DNA of 63,990 nucleotides, the filler included, from Octopus bimaculoides (lineage: Eukaryota): the NCBI RefSeq assembly GCF_001194135.2. It is 5 parts of 5 records of this genome, joined end to end, with 100 filler letters (N's around TTAATTAATTAA, not from the genome) between each part and the next. Parts side by side here need not be neighbours in the genome. Positions count along the whole stretch, not along the records: positions 26,128 to 51,849 come from NC_069002.1; 4 more parts are not named here. One strand, given 5' to 3'. The translations under genes were made by a program, and so were the position numbers. The notes below the pieces were generated by a model, which was given only the letters and a program-made list of their open reading frames with translations, was not told where the DNA came from and searched no databases. Of this stretch, positions 35,321 to 46,744 are shown in pieces (positions within the stretch are counted from its first letter, which is position 1; each line of letters begins with the position of its first letter).

Positions 35321-35482
35321 TATTAAATGATTAAGAGTAATTTGCATATTTTATTCAGTTAATCCATTTCAATACAGTTTGACATAAGTAATTAACTTTC
35401 ACCATGGCTACCCACTGGTTCTAAAATAAATGTTGTAATTATTGTTGTTGCTGTTCCTGACCGATCTGTTATTTAAGATGTT

Positions 35483-35593
35483 GACAATGTTCTGTATTGT
35501 TGATAATGTTCTGTATTGTTGATAATGTTCTGTATTGTTGATAATGTTCTGTATTGTTGATAATGTTCTGTATTGTTGATAATGTTCTGTATT
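35483..35593. repeat. 19-bp minisatellite (GATAATGTTCTGTATTGTT, about 5.8 copies)
   Basis: Directly visible; ends 15 nt upstream of the exon 7 acceptor. Confidence 0.95.
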
Positions 35594-35608
35594 TGTCTTG
35601 TTTTCCAG

Positions 35609-35695
35609 ATTGGTTTCAGTACCCGCAAGGTTAACCGTCATGTAGAGTTCCCATTTCTCCTGGATATTGCACCATTCTGCAGTTCATTGAGTCAG
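35609..35695 (+). CDS. USP16/45: USP16/45 visible exon 7 ([29 protein letters not shown])
   Basis: CCAG acceptor and GTAAAC donor; matches USP16 [23 protein letters not shown]. Confidence 0.96.
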
Positions 35696-37126
35696 GTAAA
35701 CCGCAGTGGCTCATTCCTCAGTTTAAACATGGGTTTACATTCTACCACTTACTTCATACTCACTCACTCACACTCACACTCACAAACTAACTCTCTCTCA
35801 AATTTAAAAATTATTTAAATATTTTTTAAATGGTTTTAAAATTTTTATTTAAATACTTTTAAATTAAATTTTGATACATAAAAATTTAACTCGATTTAAA
35901 TTATTTATAAAAAAAATTGAATATTACTTCAATTATTTTCTAATTCCAGAAATTTTAATATTTTTCAAATTTAGTTTTATTTCACTCATTTCATCATCAT
36001 CATCACCATCATTTAGTGTGTCCATTTTTCCATGTTAGCATGGTGGGACAGTTTTATTGAGGCATATTTTCTACAGCCAGATGCCTTTCCTGTTGCCAAC
36101 CTTTGTCTGCTTCTGAATAAAGTAATATTACCCTATGGCCAGATACATTTTCCCAGAATAGTGGAAATGAATGACATTCATTTACAACAATCATGCAATG
36201 TCAAGAGAAGGTGACACAAAAATACATGCAGGCACACACACACACATGGTGTTAGGAAATGTGGCCAGTTGAAGAAATCATGCCAAAACTGACATTGGAG
36301 CACAATACAGCTCTGCAGCTCACCAGATTCTTTTAAAATCATCCGACCCATGCCAGCATGTAAAACAGACATTAAATGTTGACAGCTTCAGACTTCTGTG
36401 GCTATTGTAGATGTCGAGTATATAAACAGATCAGCTGCTTGTTTCTCTGCAATTAGTCAAATTGATGTTGGCACTACTGGTGAGAGTCCAATAATATATG
36501 AAAATCGATTAAAATTGTTCATCATTCTTTATCTATAAAGAAATAGCAAAATTAGCCCTGTTTATATATCTACTATATAGGTTTTGTTATACTATATGAT
36601 ACCTTCATACTATGTGGAGTGCGATGCACATTGACAGGCCCCTGATATTAAATAAAGTGACGGTATATAAATTAGTAATTCCAGTTTCCTGTAGCTACTG
36701 TAATTGTCGAGTATATAAACAGATTGGCTACTTGTTTCTCTAGGATTGGTCAAATTGATGTAGACACCTCTGATGGGGATCCAATAAGCTACAAAAATTG
36801 AATAAGGTTCTTCATCATTTTTGTCAATCTACAGCAGCTAAATTAGCCCTGTTTATACAGGTACTATATAAGTTACATACACAATAGGCTTCTTTCAGTT
36901 TCTGTCTGTTAAAGCCGCTCACAAGGCTTTGATCAGCCCAGGGCTATAGTAGAAGATGCTTCCCCAGTGTGTCATGCAATAGGACTGAACCTAGAGCCTT
37001 GTAGTTAGGAAGCAAACTTCACCATACTGCCATGTTTGTACCTAATTTTATTTTAAGAAATTAATATTCAGTAAATATTTTGTAAGTAATTCTTTAATAG
37101 AATTTTATTATTTTATTTATTTCCAG

Positions 37127-37492
37127 TATGTGAAGGCAGGTCAGAAGAAAGTGCTGTACTCTCTGTATGGCATTGTCGAACACAGTGGCCGGTTATCAGG
37201 AGGTCATTACACTGCCTACATTAAAGTCTGTAAGAACAACCTGAACAAAGCAAATAACTTTGTGGCCCAGAAGAGGTTGAATCCTAAGGAATACATTATG
37301 CAGTACAGAGAGTCACTGTTGAAAGGTGACAGCAACATCTCTGCTGAGACCGAAGAAGAAGAGGTCGATCCCGAGAGTTTGGTACCAACTGGGAAATGGT
37401 ACCACATTAGTGATACCCTTGTTCGAGAGGTGCCAGAATCACTTGTGGAGAAAGCACAAGCATACCTCCTTTTCTATGAAAGGATTTATTGA
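37127..37492 (+). CDS. USP16/45: USP16/45 last coding exon with His box and Asp box
   Basis: YSLYGIVEHSGRLSGGHYTAYIK (catalytic His), WYHISD (catalytic Asp), AQAYLLFYERIY* matching the USP16/45 C-terminus. Confidence 0.97.
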   Translation, partial: YVKAGQKKVLYSLYGIVEHSGRLSGGHYTAYIKVCKNNLNKANNFVAQKRLNPKEYIMQYRESLLKGDSNISAETEEEEVDPESLVPTGKWYHISDTLVREVPESLVEKAQAYLLFYERIY

Positions 37493-39063
37493 CAATTTTT
37501 GCCCGGTTTTCTAATTTTTTTTTCTATTAGGAAAATAATTAAAAGTAAACAAAAAAAAAATCTGTTTTTTATCTTTTTTTTTTTCAAACAAAACTCATGT
37601 GTGTTTGTTTGTGTGTGACAGTGTATATGTGTGTGAGGGTTTGTATGTGTGTGAGGGTGTGTATGTGTGTATGTGAAAGAGAGAGAATGTGAATATTACT
37701 TGCCAGTATATTTGTAAATACAAACATTTCCCAAGTCTCTGTCAAAAGAGGCTGTCTCTTCTTTCCCTGTCAAAAACTAAACAAATGTTAAGGTTAATTG
37801 TACAAAACTTTACAAAAACGAAAACAAAAAAAGGGAAAGAAAATGAATAAATTTGTTACAACCATTGTTTATTCCAGAAACTGGAATTTATATAATTAGT
37901 TATATATATAGATTTATATACATGCCATCTGTTTTTTTTTTTTTTTTTCCATGCCTTTAGTTTGAACCCCTTCAATTCATTACTCTGCTCCCATACTGCG
38001 CGCACGCACACACACACACACACACTCTCTCTCTCTCTTCCTATGCACCACAGTACTGACCCCTCACACCTCATACCTAAAAATAATTTCAGTTAGTGTC
38101 TTATCTTTTGGCATACACATTTTTCAGATCTTCAAAATTTTTCACAATAATGAATGATGATTGATACCACTAATACTAATATTAATACTACTACTACTAC
38201 TAATAATAATAATGATGAACATCAATGGTGACTAAAGGTTTAAATATTTTTTCTACTTCATTTTAAAGAGATGACAAACTTACTTCTATATCTCAAATCA
38301 TTTGAGGATTATAAAACAAAAATTGAATGGAAGGTGTTAATTTAAGAGATTTCATCATTAGTAAAATAACTTGGTTATTGGAAATATTGAAAAGATTTTG
38401 TTTTTTTAAAATGATTAAATTCTTTAACCCTTTGGCTGTCCAAAATGTATTCATAAGTTTGTCTTAAACACCTGAACTTATCTCCAAACTTTTAGTTCAT
38501 CTTGTTTCATATGTCCTGAGTAACATAAAGCTTTTCTTTCATAAATCCCAAGTTGTTCTGGTGATTAAAAAAAATTGGGAATGTTTATCAGATATGATTC
38601 ATGCAGGCCAAGGAAATATGTCTTGTGTATCACATAGGATACACAAGACAGGCAAAGAATTAACTTTTATATGTGATTTAAGATCCTTTTTAGTGTGTTT
38701 GTGGAGGTAGAGGTGTGTTCGAGACAGTTTGTACATTTTTTTTTTTTCGTTTAGTTTGGGGTGGGCATGGAAGTACCAATATAATATTTGATATTTCTGG
38801 TTGGGACCTGCTGACGTTTTTTTTTTAAAACCCTCTGGCATTTTCTTAAATTTCCGACCAAACAAGACTGTTTATCACCTCTACCTCACTCCCTTTTAAT
38901 AAACTTTCCCCTCTCCCTGCAAACTAAACTCCTCCCTCCTAGTCATCCCATCCCCCAATGAACTCCCTCCATTCAACCACATTGACCTCACCAATCAGGG
39001 ATAGACACTGTTCTCCCCTCCCCCTTTTCAAATTAATTACTTTTCCATCTGATCTCTGACAGT

Positions 39064-39133
39064 TGTACTTTCATGTACTAACAATGTCTTGTGTCACAAT
39101 GTGCCATTGTGACACAATAAAGGTTGTTGTTTT
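39064..39133 (+). terminator. Candidate polyadenylation signal of USP16/45
   Basis: TGTA at 39064 and 39074, AATAAA at 39116-39121, GT-rich downstream element. A proximal AATAAA also occurs at 37846. Confidence 0.45.
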
Positions 39134-39699
39134 AGGTCCCCCAGGTTAGCTCTGATTGAGCAAACATTAAAAGGTGTTCCACTTGTGACCATCCTGTCTT
39201 TCCACAGGTGTAGTGAGTCCCAACCTACATTGCCAAAATTTAAAAAATTTAAGACTGAAGGTTGAGATTTGGTTGCTATTTCAAGCAGGTTAAGGAATCA
39301 CTTATAAACTACCCCCACCCTTGTATTATAAGAAACAAGCCAACCTGTTATAACCCATCTCCCTACACCTGTCCCCCACCCCCACATGCTCACGGCAGGA
39401 ATTGAGTTGTTTAACATTTAGACTAAAATGTCCCCTCATGGGGCCCTAGTGTTTGTATGATTCGTTGTTGTTGTTTATCCCATATGACCCTTATGGGCAT
39501 CTTTTGAGATTTTTCACTCATTAGGGATGTGCTCTTATGGAGACTTGGACATGGACATACACAAGTTGCATATCCAACAGCATTAAAGAAAGTCTTTCTT
39601 CAACCAGTTCTAGACAGAACTAGGATATTACCCTACTGCTTCCCTAAATCCTAATGTGGGATCATGTTAGGAGACCTCTTAATTCAAGGTTATCTTGGA

Positions 39700-40040
39700 T
39701 TCTGTTATCCAAGGCATAATTCCAGGTTCAGTTCCACTGTGTGGCACCTTGGGCAAATGTCTCCGAATACAGCCTCAGGCCAACCAAACCCTTGTGAGGG
39801 GATTCGGTAGACAGAAACTGAAAGAAGCCTGTTATGTATATATCTGTGTGTATGTGTGTCTTTATATCTGTTTGTCCCCTACTACTGCTTGACAACCGGT
39901 ATTGGTGTGTTTACATCCTGTTTAACTTAGCAGTTCAATGTAAGAGACCAATAAGTACTGGTGTCAATTTATTTCATAAAAAATTCTTCAAGGCAGTGCC
40001 CCAGCATGGCTACAGTCCACTGACTAAAACAAGTAGATGA
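39700..40040 (+). mobile_element. SINE family C, diverged copy
   Basis: GGTTCAGTTCCACTGTGTGGCACCTTGGGCAAATGTCT and downstream body recognisable. Confidence 0.75.
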
Positions 40041-40382
40041 TAGATGTTGTAAGTGTAATATAGCTACATGGTTAAGCAGTTCACTTTGCAATCACAAGGT
40101 CTTGTGTTCAATCTTAGGCAAGTGTTATTTATTTTCTGTAGACTTCAGGTCAGCCCATACCTTGTGAGTGAAACTGGGCAGACACTACGTAGAAGTTTGT
40201 CAAAAAGATTCATAAGTCCAGCTATGTTGCATTGGTTCTGCTAGAGAATTACATTAAGGGTACACATATCTGTGAAATACTCAACCATGTATATGTTAAT
40301 TCAATGAACCTGGTAATTCAGTTGATTGAACAACTGAAAACGCATGGTCAGAAATTCCATTTTTTTTTTTTAAGGCATCAAT

Positions 40383-40636
40383 CTTTACTCTTTTACTTGT
40401 TTCAGTCATTTGACCGTAGCCATGCTGGAGCACCACCTTTAGTCGAGCAAATCAACCCCAGGACTTATTCTTTGGAAGCCTAGTACTTATTCTATCTGTC
40501 TCTTTTGCCGAACTGCTAAGTTACGGGGACGTAAACACACCATCGGTTGTCAAGCGATGTTNNNNNNNNNNNNNNNNNNNNNNNNNNNNNNNNNNNNNNN
40601 NNNNNNNNNNNNNNNNNGGGGGGGGGGCAAACACAT

Positions 40637-40671
<35 letters not shown>

Positions 40672-40840
40672 CATATATATGACGGGCTTTCAGTTTCCGT
40701 CTACCAAATCCACTCACAAGGCTTTGGTCGGCCTGAGGCTATAGCAGAAGACACTTGCCCAAGGTACCATGCAGTGGGACTGAACCCGGAAGCATGTGGT
40801 TTGTAAGCAAGCTACTTACCACACAGCCACTCCTGCACCT
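40383..40840 (-). mobile_element. SINE family C copy
   Basis: Reverse complement of the family C consensus, with N gap. Confidence 0.9.
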
Positions 40841-41139
40841 GGTAGACTTGTGAGCATACAAGACAAAATGCTTAGCAACATTTCTTCTGGCTTTATGCTG
40901 AGGTGAAGTTTGCCTTTCATCCTTTTGGGGTCGATAGACTAAGTACTAGTCAAGTACTGGGGTCAATGTAATTGACTAATCCTACCCCTAAAATATCAGG
41001 CTTTGTGCCTAATATAGGAAAAAAAAAGGCACGAGTCCTAAATTGTCTGCAGCAGGACTAAAGAGTCCCTTGTGTTTGGAATTGCTTCTCTCCTACACAA
41101 GTTGACTGCACTTTCGTTTGTAGAGTTCTTGTTTTCTTT

Positions 41140-41530
41140 ACTAAGGACAAGGTTGGAAAAATTGCAGGGAGCTTGTTACTTCTTCATGACAAAAGGCTTT
41201 TATCATCAGAACTGAGTATTGCATTTGCATGGAGTGTGATATTGCAAGGCATTGAGACACGAATACTGAAAAGTGGATATGCAAAGTGTGAAAAGAAATG
41301 AAGTGAGCATGCTTCACTGGATCTCTGATATCAGTATGCATGAATGAATGGTAGTGCAACAAGTGTGTGATGAGAACGAGAGGGGTGGCTGAACAGCAAG
41401 ACGTCGTCGCTATGGTGTGCAAGGGAGAGAACTGTGATGGTGTGGATATACGGTACACTTGAAGAATGAGAGTTGGGCGAAAGCAGAAAGAACTGGAAGA
41501 ATACCAAAAAACATGTGAAGACTGGTGTCA
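41140..41530 (+). mobile_element. Highly decayed RTE LINE fragment
   Basis: Alignable by eye to 46830-47130 (GAAAAGAAATGAAGTGAGCATGCTTCACTGGAT versus GAAAGAAATGAATCTAGTGTGTTCCACTGGAT). Confidence 0.55.
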
Positions 41531-42418
41531 GAATGTTGCATCTTACAAAAAAGAAATGAAGGACTGCAGCCAATGGAAAGAATTTGTTAAAATTGGTCCA
41601 TCCACCCATCCAGTGTGGAAAATTAGATATATGTGATGATGTATTTGTATATAAAATGTGTAATTTATAAGAAAATACCCTGTAGAATTCATAGTTTTTT
41701 TTCCCAATTATTGATCTCAAAATGTAAAAAGTACATGTCTATGAAATCACCCATGTTACTCTTCCACCATCACCACAACCAAACAATTTCTGGCCTGTAG
41801 TGCCAATGTCATGTTATTCTCTCCCTCTCTCTTTCTCTCTCCCCCTTTCTCTCTCTCAAGTTAACCTTCCAGTCTTCAAATATGTTGAAACATCAAAGCA
41901 TGTTAGATTTAACAAAACATATCAGACTTAATTACCTAATTACATAGTATATTAATTATTCACACATCCTACAACCTCCTCCTCCTCCTCCTCACCATCT
42001 CTGCCTCTCATGATGTTCTAGACTTTAGAAGATGCACAAATTCCAACAGTTGTTGTAAGAAATAAATAATTTAACAAAAAATGAAAAATAAAAGAAAAAC
42101 TTAGTAACATTTTTTTATTTTTATTACATTTTGGAATAATAAATTTTTTTTTTCGGTCATTGTGGAGTATTTGGTTATTTCTGTTTGTTCTGATGAAGAT
42201 TTGAACCTACAACAACAATTCCGGTGAATATTTGAATGCTACATTTTAATTTTTTCTGTTGTAGCCATGAAATGAACTTAGAATGTTCTTTAATGTAATC
42301 TAACTTCCTCACACACACACGCGAAGTGAAGGCCTGAATGTGTGATTTAAGATATTCACTTTCAACCCTGTGGTTTCATGAGCAAGTGTTGTCTTTTATA
42401 GCCCTGACTCAAACAATC

Positions 42419-42819
42419 TTTTACTCTTTTACTTGTTTCAGTCATTTGACTGCGGCCATGCTGGAGCACCGCCTTTAGTCGAGCACATCGACCCCAGGAC
42501 TTATTCTTTATAAGCCTAGTACTTATTCTATCGGTCTCTTTTGCCGAACTGCTAAGTTACGGGGACGTAAACACACCAGCATCGGTTGTCAAGCGATGTT
42601 GTAGGGACAAACACAGACACACAAACACACATATATACACATATATATATATATACGACGGGCTTCTTTCAGTTTCCGTCTGCCAAATCCACTCACAAGG
42701 CTTTGGTCGGCCCGAGGCTATAGTAGAAGACACTTGCCCAAGGTGCCACGCAGTGGGACTGAATCCAGAGCCATGTGGTTGGTAAGCAATCTACTTACCA
42801 CACAGCCACTCCTGCGCCT
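42419..42819 (-). mobile_element. SINE family C, full length
   Basis: Near-consensus copy. The segment GTGGCACCTTGGGCAAGTGTCTT resembles the CORE-SINE/MIR core. Confidence 0.92.
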
Positions 42820-43383
42820 GTTAGTAAATATGGTTGATGCAAACTGCAGGAAGCCTCTTATGTGTGCATCGTTATCATCAACATCATATAACGTCCATTC
42901 TCTTTGTTGGCATGGATTAGACGTCTTGACAGGAGCCAGCAAGCTGGAGGGCAACACCTAACTCCATGTCAGTTTTTGCATGGTTTCTATAACTGGATGC
43001 CCTTCCTAATGCCAACCACTTTACAGAGTGTACAGGGTGCATTATACATGACATCAGCTCGGGTGCTATTTATGTGATATTCTACTGCTTTGCTTGTCAC
43101 TGCCTTAGCTAAACAGGGATAAGACTTCTGCATTCTTGATTAACATTACCACCAAATTGCTCTGCACTTTTTAAAAATTTGTTGGAATAAAAAAAGAATT
43201 ACTTGGAGAAACAGATTCAGATTGGTAAAACAAGCATCTGGCTGTAAAAGTCTTCCTCATGACCTGGCTCAACCTTTGATAGCAAGAAAAGCAAAATTTG
43301 ACATGAAGCAAAAACCAAACATATATATTCAGTATATGCAATTCAGGCAGCATTTGATTAAAATAGCTGTCTATGTATCACGT

Positions 43384-43765
43384 GGAGGCGCAATGGCCCA
43401 GTGGTTAGAGCAGCGGACTTGCGGTCATAGGATCGCGTTTTCGATTCCCAGACTGGGAATTGTGAGTGTTTATTGAGCGAAAACACCTGAAGTTTCACGA
43501 GGTTCCGGCAGGGGATGGTAGCGAACTCTGCTGTACTCTTCCACCACAACTTTCTCTCATTCTTTCTTCCTGTTTCTGTTGTGCCTGTAATTCAAAGGGT
43601 CAGCCTTGTCACACTCTGTGTCACGCTGAATATCCCCGAGAACTACGTTAAGGGTACACGTGTCTGTGGAGTGCTCAGCCACATGCACGTTAATTTCACG
43701 AGCAGGCTGTTCCGTTGATCGGATCAACTGGAACCCTCGACGTCGTAAGCGAAAGAGTGCCAACA
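43384..43765 (+). mobile_element. SINE family A, full length
   Basis: A-box TGGCCCAGTGG and B-box-like GTTTTCGATTCCC; colinear with the other copies. Confidence 0.92.
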
Positions 43766-46297
43766 CATAAACTGATGTATTATGTATTCACATAGGCGTG
43801 TGTGTTTGTGAAGGTGCATGGTCGTGTGGTTAGGGTGCAGGGCTCTTGATCATAAAGCCGTAGGTTCGATGACTGGATTGAGCAGTACAAAATCACTTAT
43901 TAAATCAATGCATCCTAAAAAACCACGTGGCTGTAATTCAAGGGACATAACTAGATTACAAGTTATTTCCCTTTAACGTCTTTCAATACTGAACAAAAAT
44001 TTTTCGTTGAACTGACAAATACACGATTCCTTGGTCACTTAATATAAATAAGCAAATAACTTCAGTGAAATTTTTAGCACTTTCCGTTTATTGATGAGAA
44101 AACAAAATATAATTTCAGCGTGGAAGGTGTTTATAAGCCATTTAAAATAACACTTCAATATTTAAATTTAATTTGTCAAAATATTTTAGTCGCTTTGAGA
44201 CCGCGACCTGTTCACTGACAAAATTCCGAGCTGCATATAATTTGCATATAATTTGCATTGGGTAAATAGTCAGTTGAGGAAAGTTGCGTACGAAGCTGGG
44301 TAGACAGACAGACATACGGAGATGCTATCATGCGTTAAGTTAAACAAAATTCTGTATTAGTTGTTGTTTTGACAGTTAGGCTGACCATCATGAATTTTTT
44401 GCAACATCCACTGACGAAACTATTACTAACTTAAAGACTAACTACACCAGGGGGCCAATCATATTTACTCAAACCCCACCTCTCTCACTCGACTACGTGA
44501 TTTCTGGTTCAGAACGACTGCATGGAACATCAGGTAAGTGTCTTCTGCCATAACACTGAGCTGACTGAAACAAAAACGTGTTTCAGACAACCAGTAAAAA
44601 TAGGCTCAAGCTAATTTCTTTTATTCAGCCATGACAGTTAATTTATCTTTCAACACCTGGAAAGTTCTTTAACACAAAACCATTTAGTAACATGAAGTGG
44701 TCATTGAGATGAAATTATTATATTCTTTAAATAATATACCTGCTGTGTTATTTAATATAACAGTGAATATATTTGACTTATAAAAACTTATTGGACAATC
44801 TGTGTGTGTGTGCGTGTGTTGGTACCTGTCTGAGTTTATGTTTACACCTGTCTAAACCCAGGTTAATTGTTAATGCTGTGTCTCTATCAGTCCTGTAGAA
44901 TGGCAGCTTGATAAACAGAAATGGATAAACTAAGAAACTGACTGAATTAAAAGCTGATGAACTAAAACAAATCTTTGAGATTGCTCCAGAATGGCAGTAG
45001 TCCCGACAATATATATTACAGTAGTAATAACAGATTATGAACATTCTCTCTCTGTACATATGTGTGTGATTGTGTATGTGTGGAGGCATGTGGCTTAGTG
45101 GTTAGGGTGTCGCATTCATAAATTGTAAGGTGATGGTTTTAATTCCTCGACTGGGCAATGCATTTGTGTTCTTGAGCAAAACACTTCATTTTATGTTGTG
45201 TCAGTCCACTCAGCTGTAAATGAGTGACCATGCAATGATAGATAATGTCTCAATTTGAAGGAATACTGTGGTCTTGATGACTTATAAGCCATGGAAACCA
45301 GGTAACTAACCCTGAGTCCTAAAACTTGAGACACTACTTACTGTATATATATGAGATAATAAATCATATGGTATTCATCTGGTAGCTTACCCGTAAAGCA
45401 TGTTCACTTTCACACTGTTCACTGAGTATTTGATTAACGACACATATCTATCTAGTTCACAGTTCATCTTGTTCCAGAGGTTATGGAGGTTAATCCGTAG
45501 TTCTGTGAAGGTATAGCCCCTTAAGTACAATTCCAGGTAAATCCAGGCAGTATTTTGAGGGATGCATTCAGATTGAAGATCTGATAGTTAGTGTCACCCC
45601 ACTGCAATGGAATAGCCTTCTGATATGTGTGTGTGTGTGTGTATGTATGTATGTCATTATTCAGTTTACTTCCAGATTTCTTGCCAATAGAGAAAGAGCC
45701 AGTTTTTAACCTAGATCCAAGGCTCCTTCATTGGAATTTCAACAATATCACCAGGGTATTTTAATGTGTGTGTGTGTGTATATTTGTGTGTAAAGGTGCA
45801 TGGCTGAGTGGCTGGGGGTGTTGTTTTCACAATTGGTAGGTCAAGTGTTTGATTCCTGTGTTCTTGAACAAAATACTTCATTCCATGTTGCTCCAGTCTA
45901 CTCAGCTGATAATAGGTCACCCTCCCTGCAATGGAATAGCCTTCTGATCAGGAGTAATGTTGGACTACTTGCCTAACCAGTGGAGTGACATCACTTGAAG
46001 GATAAAACAATGCAAAGTGCATTGTGGCCAGCGATGTATAACAACATCTGATAGTCTGGTCAATACTGTGATATTATGATATCACAAATCACAAGTTCCT
46101 CCAGGTAGATTGCCCTGCTCAATATGTAGAAAAGGTATACTCCATAAGGTGTACCTGGTGCAAACTATGGGCACATAAGAGGTGCAGCAATATCAAAGGA
46201 AGGTTAACAGGGAAAATAGTCTACACAGGTGCAGTTAACATTAGAAATATACAGAAAATAGACTCCATCAAATGTCAGGCAAGGATACCTAGAAGTA

Positions 46298-46565
46298 CAG
46301 TTCTATATTTAAGAGATGAGGAATTATGTACATTATTTACATTATTTACAATTGACAGATATTTGTCCTCATCTTGTTTGTTGTAAACACATTTCGGTTG
46401 ACATACCCTCCAGCCTTCATCAGGTGTCTTAGAGAAATTTCGAACCTGGGTTCTCATTCCTAAGGTATTTTCCGATGTTATTATTATGCCCATGGGCATA
46501 TAGCGTAGTGGTTAAGAGTGCGGGCTACTAACCCCAAGATTCCGAGTTCGATTCCAGGCAGTGAT

Positions 46566-46600
<35 letters not shown>

Positions 46601-46744
46601 CAACATTGAAAAGTACCTTAGGAATGAGAACCCAGGTTCAAAATTTCCCCAAGACACCTGATGAAGGCTGAAGGGTATATCAGCCGAAACGTTGTGTTAA
46701 CAACAAACAAGATGAGGACAAATATCTGTCAAATGTAAATAATG
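46298..46744 (+). mobile_element. Palindromic SINE-like element: inverted tail, tRNA-like head, (AAT)n, hammerhead-bearing tail
   Basis: 12-bp TSD TACCTAGAAGTA (46286-46297, 46745-46756). About 150-bp inverted arms. A-box TAGCGTAGTGG 46501-46511, B-box GAGTTCGATTCC 46544-46555. Confidence 0.88.
46653..46698 (+). ncRNA. Minimal type I hammerhead ribozyme (Penelope-like, dimer type)
   Basis: Helix I GACAC/GTGTT; core CTGATGA plus extra A; helix II GGCTGA/TCAGCC with 8-nt loop; GAAAC; loopless palindromic helix III (AACGTT); GUU triplet. Predicted cut 3' of 46693. Confidence 0.8.

Noticed and set aside
35483-35593. Repeat array as a CRISPR
   Set aside because: No spacers, eukaryotic intron, no cas genes.
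44240-44258. Two ATTTGCAT octamer motifs suggesting an snRNA enhancer
   Set aside because: Produced by an 11-bp tandem duplication, and no snRNA is recognisable nearby.
44450-44560. CCAAT box plus perfect CAG|GTAAGT donor suggesting a first exon
   Set aside because: The donor lies in a decayed family C SINE core (GGCAAGTGTCTTCT mutated to GGTAAGTGTCTTCT).
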